From Macrostomum lignano (taxonomy: Eukaryota): a stretch of 64,000 nt of DNA. The DNA lies in contig NIVC01001092.1 of assembly GCA_002269645.1 (NCBI GenBank), positions 124,001-188,000 of the forward strand, given 5' to 3'. The stretch's first letter is position 1. Each line of letters opens with the position of its first letter. The notes beneath the pieces are model-generated. The model worked only from the letters and a program-made list of their open reading frames with translations, ran no database searches and was not told the DNA's origin. This document shows positions 40,801-53,814 of the stretch, in pieces. A program made the translations under genes and the position numbers.

Positions 40801-43136
40801 GCTGCCCATCCTGCCGCTGGTCTGGTCGCTGGCCTTCGGCGCCTGCCTTGGCGGCAACGGCACCATCATTGGCGCGTCGGCCAATGTTGTTGCCGCCGGC
40901 ATCGCGGAGCAGAACGGCTACCCGTTCACCTTTGTGCAGTTCTTCAGGTGCGCTGGCGCTGATCTTGTCAAGGACTAATCAAGTGGAAGGACGGGAAACT
41001 ACGTTTCTATGAAAATTTTAGGAGGCAGGCTTTTTCTGAAAAAAATACATTACGGAGATAGGAGGCAGAAACAATATTCATATTTTGATATGTCTGTCCT
41101 TCCTTATAGCTCTATTGATATACAGATGAACACTGGGTCGGCCTCCTATCGAAAGAAATAACAATTTTTGTGCTGAAAAAATGAAGACCGATCTCCGTAA
41201 TGTACTTTTTTGAAAAAAACCTGCCTTTAAGTTTACCAAGAAACGTGGTTTCACGTCCTTCTACTTGAGTAGGCCTTGGATTTTGTGTGGGAAGGGAGGG
41301 GAGTGAATTTCCAAGTGAAGCAAGCATATGTTCTGCTCGAGCTGCACTCAAAAGTTTGAAAAATTCCTCAGTCATACACACGACTATTTACTTTGCGAGC
41401 GCATGTTCAAAAGAGAGTTAAAAAATCCAACTTGCCTACTGACAACAGTAGAGCAAACGGAGCATTTGCTGCCTGTGGCCGGACTGCGAAACCGCAGTTA
41501 ATTGGCTTCCGGATTTCGGCTTCAGTGTTGAGTTTCTTGCCCGAGCTGTCAGCTCAGCCTAAATTTTTCGGGAGCTCAGAGAGTATCGAGGATAATAATC
41601 CCTACTTGTTATTGCTGCTTGAATTCCCAAAAGGGATTGAAATGGGCTTGCCTTGAACTATTCGAATATTTATTCGCTGGCACATGGCAACCGGTAGATA
41701 AATCGATTTTACAAGCTCGAAGCTTCACATTGTCGAAAAGTCTGACTGGTAAATTTCGTCAGCTCAAACCTTCACATTTCGATAATGTGAGTTTTGTCGA
41801 GCCTGTGTATCTTCAAGCTTGTGAATCTTCGAGCTTGTGAAACTCCCAGCTTGTGAATCTTTGGGCCTGTGAACCGTTAAGCGTGTGAATTTTTGGGCCT
41901 GTGAACCGTTAAGCGTGTGAATCTTTGGGCTTGTGAATCTTTGGGCCTGTAAACCGTTAAGCTTGTGAATCTTTGGGCCTGTGAACCGTTAAGCTTGTGA
42001 ATCTTTGGGCCTGTGAACCGTTAAGCTTGTGAATCTTTGGGCCTGTGAATCTTTGGGCCTGTGAACCGTTAAGCTTGTGAATCTTTGGGCCTGTGAACCG
42101 TTAAGCTGGTGAATCTTTGGGCCTGTGAATCTTTGGGCCTGTGAACCGTTAAGCTTGTGAATCTTTAGGCCTGTGAATCTTTGGGCCTGTGAATCTTTGG
42201 GCCTGTGAATCTTTGGGCCTGTGAATCTTTGGGCCTGTGAACCGTTAAGCTGGTGAATCTTTGGGCCTGTGAATCTTTGGGCCTGTGAACCGTTAAGCTT
42301 GTGAATCTTTAGGCCTGTGAACCGTTAAGCTTGTGAATCTTCGAGTTTTTGAATCGAGGTTATGAAGCTCCGAGGTTGTGAATTCCTGAAGTTTTGAATC
42401 TGAGGTTGTGAATCTTCAAGCTTGTGAATCTTCTAGCTTGTGAATCTTCCGGCTTGTGAATTTTTGGGCCTGTGAACCGTTAAGCTTGTGAATCTTCAAG
42501 CTTGTGAATCTTCCGGCTTGTGAATCTTCAAGCTTGTGAATCTTCTAGCTTGTGAATCTTCAAGCTTGTGAATCTTCTAGCTTGTGAATCTTCAAGCTTG
42601 TGAACCGTTAAGCTTGTGAATCTTCAAGCTTGTGAATCTTCAAGCTTGTGAATCTTCAAGCTTGTGAATCTTCAAGCTTGTGAATCTTCTAGCTTGTGAA
42701 TCTTCAAGCTTGTGAATCTTCTAGCTTGTGAATCTTCAAGCTTGTGAACCGTTAAGCTTGTGAATCTTCAAGCTTGTGAATCTTCAAGCTTGTGAATCTT
42801 CAAGCTTGTGAATCTTCAAGCTTGTGAATCTTCTAGCTTGTGAATCTTCAAGCTTGTGAATCTTCTAGCTTGTGAATCTTCAAGCTTGTGAATCTTCAAG
42901 TTTGTGAATCTTCAAGCTTGTGAATCTTCGAGACTGTGAAAATTTTAGCCCATGATTTTTAAGGTTGTGAAGTTTCAAACTTTGGGATATTCGAGTTTAT
43001 AAAACGCCCCCAGCAGATCTCTTAATTGCTCACCCGGCATTGCAGGGTCGGATTTCCAATGATGGTTTGCACAGTGACAATTGCCATGCTATACCTGCTA
43101 GTCTGCCACTCGCTGATTGGCTGGAACTATTACTGA
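34894..43136 (+). CDS. OCA2: OCA2/P-protein (Drosophila hoepel-like) 12-TM transporter. Exons ~34894-35286, 35348-35459, 35763-35911, 36060-36148, 36961-37489, 38014-38426 (1-nt frameshift at ~38225), 39957-40065, 40479-40947, 43046-43136
   Basis: [89 protein letters not shown], terminal RVGFPMMV...GWN. The first short intron is tentative. Confidence 0.92.
35504..35690. mobile_element. hAT/Charlie-like MITE in OCA2 intron
   Basis: TIRs CAGGGGTCGGCAAACT / AGTTTGCCGACTCCTG (15/16), subterminal GGGCCGGA repeats. No clear 8-bp TSD. Confidence 0.75.
36250..36900. repeat. 41-bp minisatellite (CATAGACAATGTACATCAAATCAAACCTACACCCACCGCCC)n, OCA2 intron
   Basis: Direct tandem array. Confidence 0.95.
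38545..39815. repeat. Mixed 13/10-bp minisatellite (CAGCATCACTTGA / CAGCATCATA)n, OCA2 intron
   Basis: Direct tandem array of two related units. Confidence 0.95.
40255..40455. repeat. 17-bp tandem repeat (CAGATTGGCAGATATCG)n next to OCA2 acceptor
   Basis: About 11 copies. Confidence 0.9.
41805..42940. repeat. 16-bp composite minisatellite (GTGAATCTTTGGGCCT / GTGAACCGTTAAGCTT / GTGAATCTTCAAGCTT)n, last OCA2 intron
   Basis: Direct tandem array with unit turnover. Confidence 0.95.
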
Positions 43137-43604
43137 ACTTGGCGTGCCAACCAATCACTAAACTGGTGACTGCGACTTTTTCATCTTTTTGTGTCTTCCA
43201 ATCAGGTTCAGATTTTTATTCAGGTACTAGAACAAATTTAACAATTGATAATTCCTCCACTGTACATTTATAACTTATGCTCGCACCGACTGTTTGGGGC
43301 TGTTGCTTTGCGAGCATTCAGAACTGGTTTTATTTTTGAATTGCAAAGATTTTTATCGTGCGAGCTAGAGTTTCGATTTATAATTTTACTGTTTTTATTG
43401 TGTTCATTAATTTTTTCAATGAATTTTATACTATGAGTAAGATTTTGTTTTAATTGTAAAAGCTGCGAGTCAAATTGTAAAACAGAGGATCCATTAACCC
43501 TGTCAGATGTCAGTAAATGTGTCAGTAAGGTGTCATACACTTTTCCGTGTCGGAAAACACTTTGGGTGCATTCGATTGATTCAGATGTCAGTAGTTAGTT
43601 CAGG

Positions 43605-44825
43605 TGTCATTGAATGAGTCATAATGCTATTGTATTGATTCAGGGTGTCATAAAATGAGTCAGGCTGTCATAAAATGAGTCAGGCTGTCATAAAATGAGT
43701 CAGGCTGTCATTAAATGAGTCAGGCTGTCATTAAATGAGTCAGGCTGTCATTAAATGAGTCAGGGTGTCATTAAATGAGTTAGGCTGTCATTAAATGAGT
43801 CAGGCTGTCATTAAATGAGTCAGGCTGTCATTAAATGAGTCAGAGTGTCATTAAATGAGTCAGGGTGTCATTAAATGAGTCAGGCGGTCATTAAATGAGT
43901 CAGGCTGTCATTAAATGAGTCAGAGTGTCATTAAATGAGTCAGGGTGTCATTAAATGAGTCAGGCGGTCATTAAATGAGTCAGGCTGTCATTAAATGAGT
44001 CAGAGTGTCATTAAATGAGTCAGGGTGTCATTAAATGAGTCAGGCGGTCATTAAATGAGTCAAGCTGTCATTAAATGAGTCAGGCGGTCATTAAATGAGT
44101 CAGAGTGTCATTAAATGAGTCAGAGTGTCATTAAATGAGTCAGAGTGTCATTAAATGAGTCAGGCGGTCATTAAATGAGTCAGGCTGTCATTAAATGAGT
44201 CAGGCTGTCAGTAGTTAGTTCAGGTGTCATTGAATGAGTCATAATGCTATTGTACTGATTCAGGGTGTCATAAAATGAGTCAGGGTGTGATTAAATGAGT
44301 CAGGGTGTCATTAAATGAGTCAGGCTGTCATTAAATGAGTCAGGCTGTCAGTAAATGAGTCAGGCTGTCATTAACTGAGTCAGGGTGTCATTAAATAAGT
44401 CAGGCTGTCATAAACTGAGTCAGGGTGTCATTAAATGAGTCAGGCGGTCATTAAATGAGTCAGGCTGTCAGTAAATGAGTCAGGCTGTCATTAACTGAGT
44501 CAGGGTGTCATTAAATAAGTCAGGCTGTCATAAACTGAGTCAGGGTGTCAGTAAATGAGTCAGGGTGTCATTAAATGAGTCAGGCTGTCATTAAATGAGT
44601 CAGGTGGTCATAAAATAAGTCAGGCTGTCATTAAATGAGTCAGGCGGTCATTAAATGAGTCAGGCGGTCATTAAATGAGTCAGGATGTCAATAAATGAGT
44701 CAGGCGGTCATTAAATGAGTCAGGCTGTCATTAAATGAGTCAGGGTGTCATTAAATGAGTCAGGCTGTCATTAAATGAGTCAGGCTGTCATTAAATGAGT
44801 GAGGCGGTGATTAAATGAGTCAGGC
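43605..44825. repeat. 20-bp minisatellite (TTAAATGAGTCAGGCTGTCA)n
   Basis: Direct tandem array, nearly every unit containing TGAGTCA. Confidence 0.95.
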
Positions 44826-45804
44826 GTCACAAAAATGAGTCGGGTACACTGAGACGTGCCCCATTGTGATATCCGGGATCTGGCAGTGCATGGGCGAGCT
44901 GTGCAGCTGTGAGTGGAAATTCGTGACTGAGTTGCAGCCGCCTGGATTTGATTTTCGCGCGGCAGCCGTCAGTTGCGCCTGAGCAGTCTCAGTGACCGGG
45001 CGCTCTTTTTGTGCAATCAAATTTCCTCAGCTCATTTCTTTCGCCTTTGATCTGCAAATAATAATTATTTATTTATCTTTATAAAAAATGTCCAAATGTC
45101 GAAGTCGCAGTCTTTAATCAGGTGCAATTTTTGTCTTTGATTCTGCCCATTTTTTGTCACGAATTTTGGCTTGATTCTGCTAGTAAGTATTCGACGTGTA
45201 CTGAGCCCGCCGGGCTGCATCTGCAAAACAACCTTGCTTTGTCCCTAGATTTTTTCAGTCAGACAAAATCAGACCAAATTTTCAGATTAAACCTCATGTA
45301 CGATTTTTTAAATTCTTGTTGGAATTTTGTGCGCCCCGTCTTTCCGTGTAAGAAGCGAACTGCACTTGAGAAAAGTGCCTCTGCTAGCAAGAAGCGGGTT
45401 GAGAAAATGTAAACAAATACAAAATGGCTGTTTTCGATTTTATAGCATAATACATCCTGTTTTGATGGCTTCATTGTTTTCAATTATCCTTGGCATCCGT
45501 TTCCCATCCGATTGGGAAAAGCGCTCACTAATTAGGAGACCTATTATTCGAATGTGAATGCTCAAGATTCCTATTGAAGTAATTTCATTTCGGTGGCTGA
45601 AGCTGCTCGACTTGAGTCACGCCAATTTCTGAAAAGAGCAGTTTGACACTTCGTGAGCGGTCGATAGGGGGATTTCAATGAGGCAGAAATCGTTTGGTTT
45701 TCTGATTTGTATGTATCCGTTTGCTTTAGAAGAAACTGTCTATTGTTTGAGAAGAAACTGTCACACACTGTCACACTTGAGAAGAAACTGTCACACAACT
45801 CAAA

Positions 45805-46262
45805 TTGTGTGAGGCGCCAGGGAAATTGTGTGAGGCGCCAGGGAAATTGTGTGAGGCGCCAGGGAAATTGTGTGAGGCGCCAGGTAAATTATGTAAAGCA
45901 CCAGGGAAATTGTGTGAGGCGCCACGGAAAATGTGTGAGGCGCCAGGGAAAATGTGTGAGGCGCCAGGGAAACTGTGTGAGGCGCCAGGGAAACTGTGTG
46001 AGGCGCCAGCGAAAATGTGTGAGGCGCAGCACGGAAAATATGTGAGGCGCCACGAAAAATGTGAAGCGCCATGGAAATTGTGTGAGGCGCCATGGAAGAT
46101 GTGAAGCGCCAGGGAAACTGTGTGAGGCGCCAGGGAAATTGTGTGAGGCGCCAGGTAAATTGTGTAAAGCGCCAGGTAAATTGTGTGAGGCGCCAGGGAA
46201 AATGTGTGAGGCGCCAGGGAAAATGTGTGAGGCGCCAAGGAAATGTGTGAGGCGTTAGGGAA
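45805..46262. repeat. 21-bp minisatellite (TGTGTGAGGCGCCAGGGAAAT)n
   Basis: Direct tandem array. Confidence 0.95.
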
Positions 46263-46677
46263 AATGTGAAGTGCCAATATTGAAGATGTGCGAGGCTCAG
46301 AAGTTTTAAGACGCCATGGAAAGTGTAAAGTGCAATTACAACAGCGAATATTTAATTTTTGACAGTCTGGCTCGCACAACTGGTACATTTTTAGGCCACA
46401 TGTGCAACTCAGTCGCTAGCAATTATGACAGTCTTGGACAACCGCGGGAACTGGAGTGAGATCGTGCATGCTCAAACCCCAGCCTATAGCTACTGCTAGC
46501 TAGATAGGCAAATATGATTGGCCTCGGCATAGAAATGGGAATACGCGGCTCACAATGTATATTGAGCCATGCCAGTTATTTAGACTGAATTCTGTGCGCC
46601 TTCGTACTGATCTCTCTGGCAACTTGACTTTACTTCTGTTGACTTCTGGCCTCTCTAGAAAGCAATTAGCAGGGATC

Positions 46678-48108
46678 ATGATCGAAGACTCCAACGCCTC
46701 GGGTCCAGCAGCGCAGCCAATAGCAGTGTGCTCAGTTGAGCACGCATCCGCCAGTGCGGTCGTCCGCCTGGCCGAGTGGCTCCTCTGCGTGCTGGGCGGC
46801 CTGCTCATTATCGGCGGCGTGGCCGGCAACTCCGTCAGCGCCTACCTACAGGCGACCGAGCGGTCACACCGCGGCACCACCCGCTTCCTGATGGTCTTCC
46901 TGGCCCTGGCCGACTGCGCCGTGCTGCTGCTGGCCGTCACCAGGTACTGGCTCATCGAGACCATCGGCCTGGACATCCGGGACCTGCACCCGACCGTCTG
47001 CCGGCTGCACCAAGCCGCCGTGGCCACCGTCAGCGACCTGGCTGTGTACACCCTCTGCGCCCTCGGCGTCGAGCGCTACCTTCTGGTGGCCTTCCCGCAT
47101 TCTGCCGGCCGCCTCATCACCAGGCGCAGCTTCACGGCTGCCTTCGGCCTTCTGGTTGCCAGCATCGCGGCCAAGAACTTGCCGATCGCCTTCCACCGCT
47201 TCACCGTCAGCTGCGTGCGCATCCTGCAGGCCGCCGCCGCCGGGCCGACGCTGACGGCGGAGATTCCGCAGACGCTGAACCAGTCGCAGCTCGGCCAGCC
47301 GCCGTACGAAGCCTACCGACTGCTGCCCACCCGCTGCACCTACGACCGCAATTTCGGCAGCTGGTTTGCCAAACTGGACATTGTAACCTACCTGGTGCTG
47401 CCCTACACCATCCTGCTGCTGTGCAACTTCTATATCTACGCTGTGGTGCGCCGCAGGCAAGCCCTGGTGGCCTTCACTGCCACCGCAGCCGCCGCCGCCA
47501 CAGCCGCAACATCAAGGACTGGCGTCGTCGGCAGAGGCACCGCCAAGCCGAAGCTGCTGCGCAGGGCCGCCGAGTCGAGCCGGAACCGGGAGACCGCCAC
47601 CCGCCTCCTGGCTGTGCTGACCGTCATCCACATCTGCACCACCTTGCCGGCCTCCGTCGGGCAGCTGCTGAAGGTCACCAGCTGGCTGCCCTGGTCTGAC
47701 GCTGCCCGGGTCACTCTGGACTGCCTGAAGACGCTGATGTTCGCCAACAACGCCACAAACTTCCTGGCCTACTTCGCCTCGTGCAGCGGCTTCCGATGCC
47801 GCGTGATTCGCTGCCTCGGAGGCGGCTGGCAGAGCCGACGGCGGCAGCGGCGGCGGCAGCAGCTGCAGCAGCAGCGGGATCGGCGACGGAACTCAGACAG
47901 TCAGCCGAAGCACCAGCAGCGAGTCGCTGAAGATGCCACCGAGCTGCGATCTTCGGCTGTACCGCAGCACCAGAAGCCGGCCTTGGCGACGCCTCAGTCG
48001 CACTCGCGGTTGCTGGTGACCGCGGACCTGCCGCCGCCCTCCTGGGCAGCCGCTGGCGGAACCGAGTCGGTCGGGGACGAACGGGAGCAAGCAGATGTTG
48101 AAGACTGA
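46678..48108 (+). CDS. Class A (rhodopsin-like) GPCR, peptide-receptor-like, single coding exon
   Basis: TM1 GGVAGN, TM2 LALAD, TM3 VERY (DRY variant), TM5 LPY...CN, TM6 CTTLP, TM7 NNATNFLAY followed by helix 8 FR. ATG at 46678 preferred over upstream ORF start. Confidence 0.9.
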   Translation: MIEDSNASGPAAQPIAVCSVEHASASAVVRLAEWLLCVLGGLLIIGGVAGNSVSAYLQATERSHRGTTRFLMVFLALADCAVLLLAVTRYWLIETIGLDIRDLHPTVCRLHQAAVATVSDLAVYTLCALGVERYLLVAFPHSAGRLITRRSFTAAFGLLVASIAAKNLPIAFHRFTVSCVRILQAAAAGPTLTAEIPQTLNQSQLGQPPYEAYRLLPTRCTYDRNFGSWFAKLDIVTYLVLPYTILLLCNFYIYAVVRRRQALVAFTATAAAAATAATSRTGVVGRGTAKPKLLRRAAESSRNRETATRLLAVLTVIHICTTLPASVGQLLKVTSWLPWSDAARVTLDCLKTLMFANNATNFLAYFASCSGFRCRVIRCLGGGWQSRRRQRRRQQLQQQRDRRRNSDSQPKHQQRVAEDATELRSSAVPQHQKPALATPQSHSRLLVTADLPPPSWAAAGGTESVGDEREQADVED

Positions 48109-49200
48109 CTTGATGAGGGAGGAAAGTTGTTATGATGCCACTTGCCTTTCTCCTCTTCAAATTCTCATTAAAATTTTGAGATTTTTCAAACGCTTTCTTC
48201 TTCTCAGTACGTTCGTATAATCTGCAGCCGCGGCCTCCATCGCACCTTCTCTCCGTCCTAAGCATGCAGCTGTTGAACTTCAAGAACCCTCAGCGTTTGG
48301 CCCTCTTAATTGGGTGCACATTTTACTGATACAGGCCGAAAAAACCTGTGACTTTAGCAAAAAAACACGTTTCTTAATTCACTTTTTCTCGTTAACTCTC
48401 TTAGAATTACTTACAAGCTAGAGATCAGCAATGTGTAAATAAATTTTGCTGCTAAAGGTTGAGAATAGATAGAAGGTTTTCAGTTACTTGCAGCCAGTTT
48501 TTTAAGTGTATTTCTTTTCGTCAGGTTTTTTTCTACGACCAAGTTTTATGTGTTATGGCTTCTCGTGTGCAATGATTTGATTAGAGATCGCTAATTCGAA
48601 TTTTCTTAATGATTTCAATCAACCCCGGTCAAAACACACAAACCGTGTTTGCTCGATTTGAAATCTGGGAGAGCTCAAGGTGGGCTGGATATTGTCTATC
48701 AATTTAAGACTAAAACACCGTCAAAACTTGTTGCAGGCTTATTTAAATTTCGGTTCCAAGGAAAGTAACTTCCGGCACTTGTTTCGGTACCGGTACTTTT
48801 CTAATTTTAAAGAACCGCTAATTAAAAAGTGCTAAACCATTTCCTAGCGAAAAAAAACAAAAACATGTGTCCAGAGTAACCATGCACTCTAGTTTAACTC
48901 TACTATTGTTATCACATCCAAAATTGGAGTGAATTAAACAAAACTTTTAGAAAACAAAGATTACTTATCGTAGCAGTATATCAGGATGCTACATCTACAG
49001 AAAAAAATTTGGAGGCCGATTTTTTAATGTTTATTCTGACTTCAGAAGTATGTACGGAGATAGTTTTTGGCCAATAGGTGTGTCACAATGAGTAAAATAC
49101 TTCAGCCAACTTTTACTTTGTGTGGCTCATTCTCGTCGCCTTACTGGTACTTTGCCGTAGTTTACAGCAGCTATTGTTACAGTAGTAACGGTATATTGCA

Positions 49201-49558
49201 GGGGGGCCGTAGCCCAGCGGTAGCGCAGGCTCTGGTGTGCCAGCGACCCAGGCTCGATTCCAAGTGCAGTCACATTAATTTGGGGCTGAATTGGAATCTC
49301 GGCTTGGCTCTGCTCGTGCAATTGACGGCCTTGAGAGCCAACCCCCCCCAAGGCGCAGTGAAGTGTACATGCCTAACGATAAATGAAGTTAGGGCCGCTG
49401 TACACTCCTGTGTGTGTGTGTGCCTGCGTACGTATCCGCGCGCTTGTATGCCTGCTCAGGGGAGTCGGCGGAATGGGCAGTAATGCCTCTCGCCGGTTGT
49501 GTGACAATGTCGCTTAAAGTGCGCCAGGGTGCACACAACCCCCGCCTCTAATAAAAAA
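49201..49558 (+). mobile_element. tRNA-derived SINE family 1, copy B, with perfect 13-bp TSD
   Basis: Pol III A/B-box-like head, A tail, TSD AACGGTATATTGC at 49187-49199 and 49557-49569. Confidence 0.92.
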
Positions 49559-49739
49559 CGGTATATTGCTGATATTGCGGACTCATACAGAATCAATGAT
49601 AATCTCCTAGCAGAGTCAATAGAGAGATTACTCTTACTCTAAAAAGAGCCAAAAAGTGCCACCTAAAAAAAGTAACTTCCAGTACTAAAAGAGCCGGAAG
49701 TGCCAAAACTGCGTACGCAATAGCCAATAGCCAATAAAA

Positions 49740-50842
49740 ATCAGATGTCTCTGGGACCTGTCCAGGGCCGCCATGCCAATAACAATGAGATGTCTCTGGG
49801 ACCTGTCCAGGGCCCCATGCCAATAACAATCAGATGTCTCTGGACCTGTCCAGGGCCCCATGCCAATAACAATCAGATGTCTCTGGGACCTGTCCAGGGC
49901 TGCCATGCCAATAACAATCAGATGTCTCTGGACCTGTCCAGGGCTGCCATGCCAATAACAATCAGATGTCTCTGGGACCTGTCCAGGGCTGCCATGCCAA
50001 TAACAATCAGATGTCTCTGGACCTGTCCAGGGCCCCATGCCAATAACAATCAGATGTCTCTGGGACCTGTCCAGGGCCCATGCCAATAACAATCAGATGT
50101 CTCTGGACCTGTCCAGGGCCCCATGCCAATAACAATCAGATGTCTCTGGGACCTGTCCAGGGCTGCCATGCCAATAACAATCAGATGTCTCTGGACCTGT
50201 CCAGGGCTGCCATGCCAATAACAATCAGATGTCTCTGGACCTGTCCAGGGCTGCCATGCCAATAACAATCAGATGTCTCTGGACCTGTCCAGGGCCCCAT
50301 GCCAATAACAATCAGATGTCTCTGGGACCTGTCCAGGGCTGCCATGCCAATAACAATCAGATGTCTCTGGGACCTGTCCAGGGCTGCCATGCCAATAACA
50401 ATCAGATGTCTCTGGGACCTGTCCAGGGCCCCATCCCAATAACAATCAGATGTCTCTGGGACCTGTCCAGGGCTGCCATGCCAATAACAATCAGATGTCT
50501 CTGGGACCTGTCCAGGGCTGCCATGCCAATAACAATCAGATGTCTCTGGGACCTGTCCAGGGCTACCATGCCAATAACAATCAGATGTGTCTGGGACCTG
50601 TCCAGGGCCCCATGCCAATAACAATCAGATGTCTCTGGAACCTGTTCAGGGCCCCATGCCAATAACAATCAGATGTGTCTGGGACCTGTTCAGGGCCCCA
50701 TGCCAATAACAATCAGATGTCTCTGGGACCTGTTCAGGGCCCATGCCAATAACAATGAGATGTCTCTGGGACCTGTTCAGGGCCCCATGCCAATAACAAT
50801 CAGATGTCTCTGGAACCTGTTCAGGGCCCCATGCCAATAACA
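49740..50842. repeat. 43-45-bp minisatellite (GGGACCTGTCCAGGGCTGCCATGCCAATAACAATCAGATGTCTCT)n
   Basis: Direct tandem array. Confidence 0.95.
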
Positions 50843-53016
50843 AGCGCGTGACCGCCCGACCCCCAGCGGCATCAGCTGTTGCGGCAGGATCTGTCCCCAG
50901 TCCCTGAGCCGCCCGCTTTCGCAGATCCTGTCATCAATTTTTATTGCACTGTGTAGATCTGTTGAGCTCCTCATGCGCTTCCATTGACACTGTCACGATT
51001 GCGCCTCTCCCAGCCGATTGAGAGAGGGGGAATCAGTTAATAAAGCGCCAAGCAGCTGTCAGAGCTACGGCTTCTAGTAGCAGATCTCTAATGATCTTTG
51101 CCCCGAGAAAAGCAGCCTATCTACTTCCGCCGCTTCTGCTGTAATTGGATGCACTGCTTGCTTGCCTAGAAGAGCAATATTGTCAGTGATTTGGATTAAC
51201 ACGGGACAATTGTTGCATAGGCTAAATTCGTGAGGCAAAGTCTCAAGCAGCTTAATCCGAGGCCTGTCTAATTGAATGGCTACAAGATGATTAATTTTGA
51301 TTAAACCAGAGGTTTAATTGGCATGGAATTTGGCTGGGGGAAATCTTGTTTATCTTGCTAAAATGCTTCAGTTGTCTAGGCAGGGCAGGATGAAAGTGCT
51401 CGTGCACTTCTATTAGATAAATGCAGCGAATAATTGGCTTTTTGAATTTCACCATACATGTAGTGATGTAGGAAGGCAAACAGGATGTTCAGGGAGCTCG
51501 AAAGCTAGCATCTGGACTGGATTTTTTAAAAGAAAATCGACTACAGCGTCCATCTACAATTCAGTCCGTGTGTTTGACAGGCCGAAATTTTCGGAAAGCC
51601 CACAAATAAGGACCACTAATCTAGCAGACAGAAGCTTGAGCCATCAGTTCCGGCCAGTGCTTTGAGATGCCAATCCCTGAGAGCATTCCCCTCAATTGAT
51701 ACGGTTTCTTCTGTCCACTCCTATTTGCTTGTTTATGGCTTGATGCCAAGTCAAGCCAAGCTCCTCACTGTGGACAGGTTTCCCACCGGACACTGCGGCC
51801 AATATATTTCAAATGCATAAAATTATCATACGAATAGCAGCTATGGACCCATTATTTCAGCCTGGATTAGAGTACTTACAATTCTCGCACATTGCTCATA
51901 GTTTCAATCGAACTGCGCACCTCGGTTGAATCGATATTGATATGCCTCTACTTGGTATTAAGTTCAGTAAGAGCTTCTGTACATTTATTAAAGCGCTCAG
52001 AACTTTATGTTTGCTCCGCTGTAGCTAAATATGACAGTACTACTTACTACTCATATTGAAGTAGTATAATTGGCGTGTGTATTAAGTAGTTGAGTTCTAA
52101 GGACCAAGTTATCAAAGACGAATCACAAGAGTGAGAATCTAAGGACCCGGTTCTCAAGGACGAATCACAGGGGCGAGGATCTAAGGGGCCCATTTTTAGG
52201 AAAGATAAATAATTATCCAGTTTATCAGTTTAGGAAAACCAGAAGCTCGAGGTACAATTCACTAAATAATTTAGTTCTTCTCTTTAAAGCAAAAGCGCAG
52301 CGCAGAGAGCTGCGAGATAAACTAAAAGTGTTTCAATATTTTTGTTGTTTATTGCAAATTAACTGTCGAAGGAAAATGAGAACAGGGAGTTACAACGGAA
52401 TGCTCTAATACTGAGGATGCAAGCAGGTTCAAGCGGTAATTTCGGCTCATGCTATGCAAAGAAAGTTGCATAATAGTCGCCGCCGCAGACAGACAAATAA
52501 AACCGATTATTCACGCGTGTATAATTATTGTCGTTATAAATATATGAAGGTAAAAACTATTAGCGACAAAAGCATCGCTAATACTAACAGTAGTAAGATT
52601 GCGGACAACACAAAGACTTCCAATATATAGATTATAAAGATAATGTGTATATATAAACACAACACAATATAGAATGTGAATTAGCAGGAAAACAAATGCT
52701 TATTGTACAAATGTAACCTATAGCTAAAATACGACAATGTCTACTGGCGAGTAGAGGGAAATGATAATAATGATGATAAGCAATCGACATTCCAAGAAAG
52801 TTCAGCCTTGGTAATAAAAATATCAGATAAAAATCGTTTCAGGGCCTTTCCGACTGTAAAGTTTTTCTCCGGCCAGCAACTAAAAACTACAGGTTTTTTA
52901 GCAGGCAATCTGTGCAGCAAATTAAAAAGCCATCATGACAGTGCGGCCCATTAAAACAAAATTTTATTTACAAAACAATTATATAATATGCTTTGAGGAT
53001 TTAGACGCAAAGGGGA

Positions 53017-53350
53017 GCGGACTTTTGGGGGAGCGGATTGTAGGGGGCGGATTTTGGGGGGAGCGGATCATAGAGGGCGGATTTTTGGGGGAGCGGATTG
53101 TAGGGGGCGGTTTTTTGGGGGAGCGGATTGTAGGGGCGGATTTTTGGGGAAGCGGATTGTAGGGGCGGACTTTTGGGGGAGCGGATTGTAGGGGCGGATT
53201 TTTGGGGGAGCGGATTGTAGGGGCGGACTTTTGGGGGAGCGGATTGTAGGGGCGGATTTTTGGGGGAGCGGATTGTAGGGGCGGATTTTTGGGGGAGCGG
53301 ATTGTAGGGGGCGGATTTTTGGGGGAGCGGATTGTAGAGGCGGATTTTGG
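53017..53350. repeat. 28-29-bp G-rich minisatellite (GGGGAGCGGATTGTAGGGGCGGATTTTT)n
   Basis: Direct tandem array. Confidence 0.95.
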
Positions 53351-53814
53351 GCAGAGTGTCTCATCATTACAGATGCAAAAGTTTTGGGCGCAGACTAAGT
53401 GAAATTTAAGTCTAGATTAAACGAGATTTGTAGCATGCAAAACAGAGTTCAACTGAAGAGAGTTGAAGCAATAATACAATGCTTGTAAATTTCAATTTAA
53501 CATCAGAAGCAGCAATAATAAAAAGATTGCTAAAGTGAAACGAGCTGGCAGCCGAAACAAAACAGACTTGCAGACAACAGAAAATTGTGTTCTGAGACAC
53601 TTCCATTCTAAACCAATGCGTACTTAAATACTGAATAACAAGCCAAGGAGCCGTTAAGTATTTTTGAAGGCCGATTTTGCAGTGACAGCATATTTGCTTC
53701 TGGCTGATCTTTGACATCAACTAGAGAGTGACAGCTCAGTCAATTTCTGAGCGAATGCTCGATTGATGGCGTGAACAGAGGATAATAAGTGGTCTAATGA
53801 TAGTCTGTTGTCTT

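Noticed and set aside
46555-46677. Upstream ATG extension of the GPCR ORF
   Set aside because: Lower-GC, intron/outron-like sequence ending in acceptors before ATG 46678; GPCR homology starts downstream.
30670-48283. Overlapping antisense and alternate-frame ORFs on XPNPEP, OCA2 and GPCR exons
   Set aside because: Shadow ORFs expected in high-GC coding sequence, no recognisable domains.
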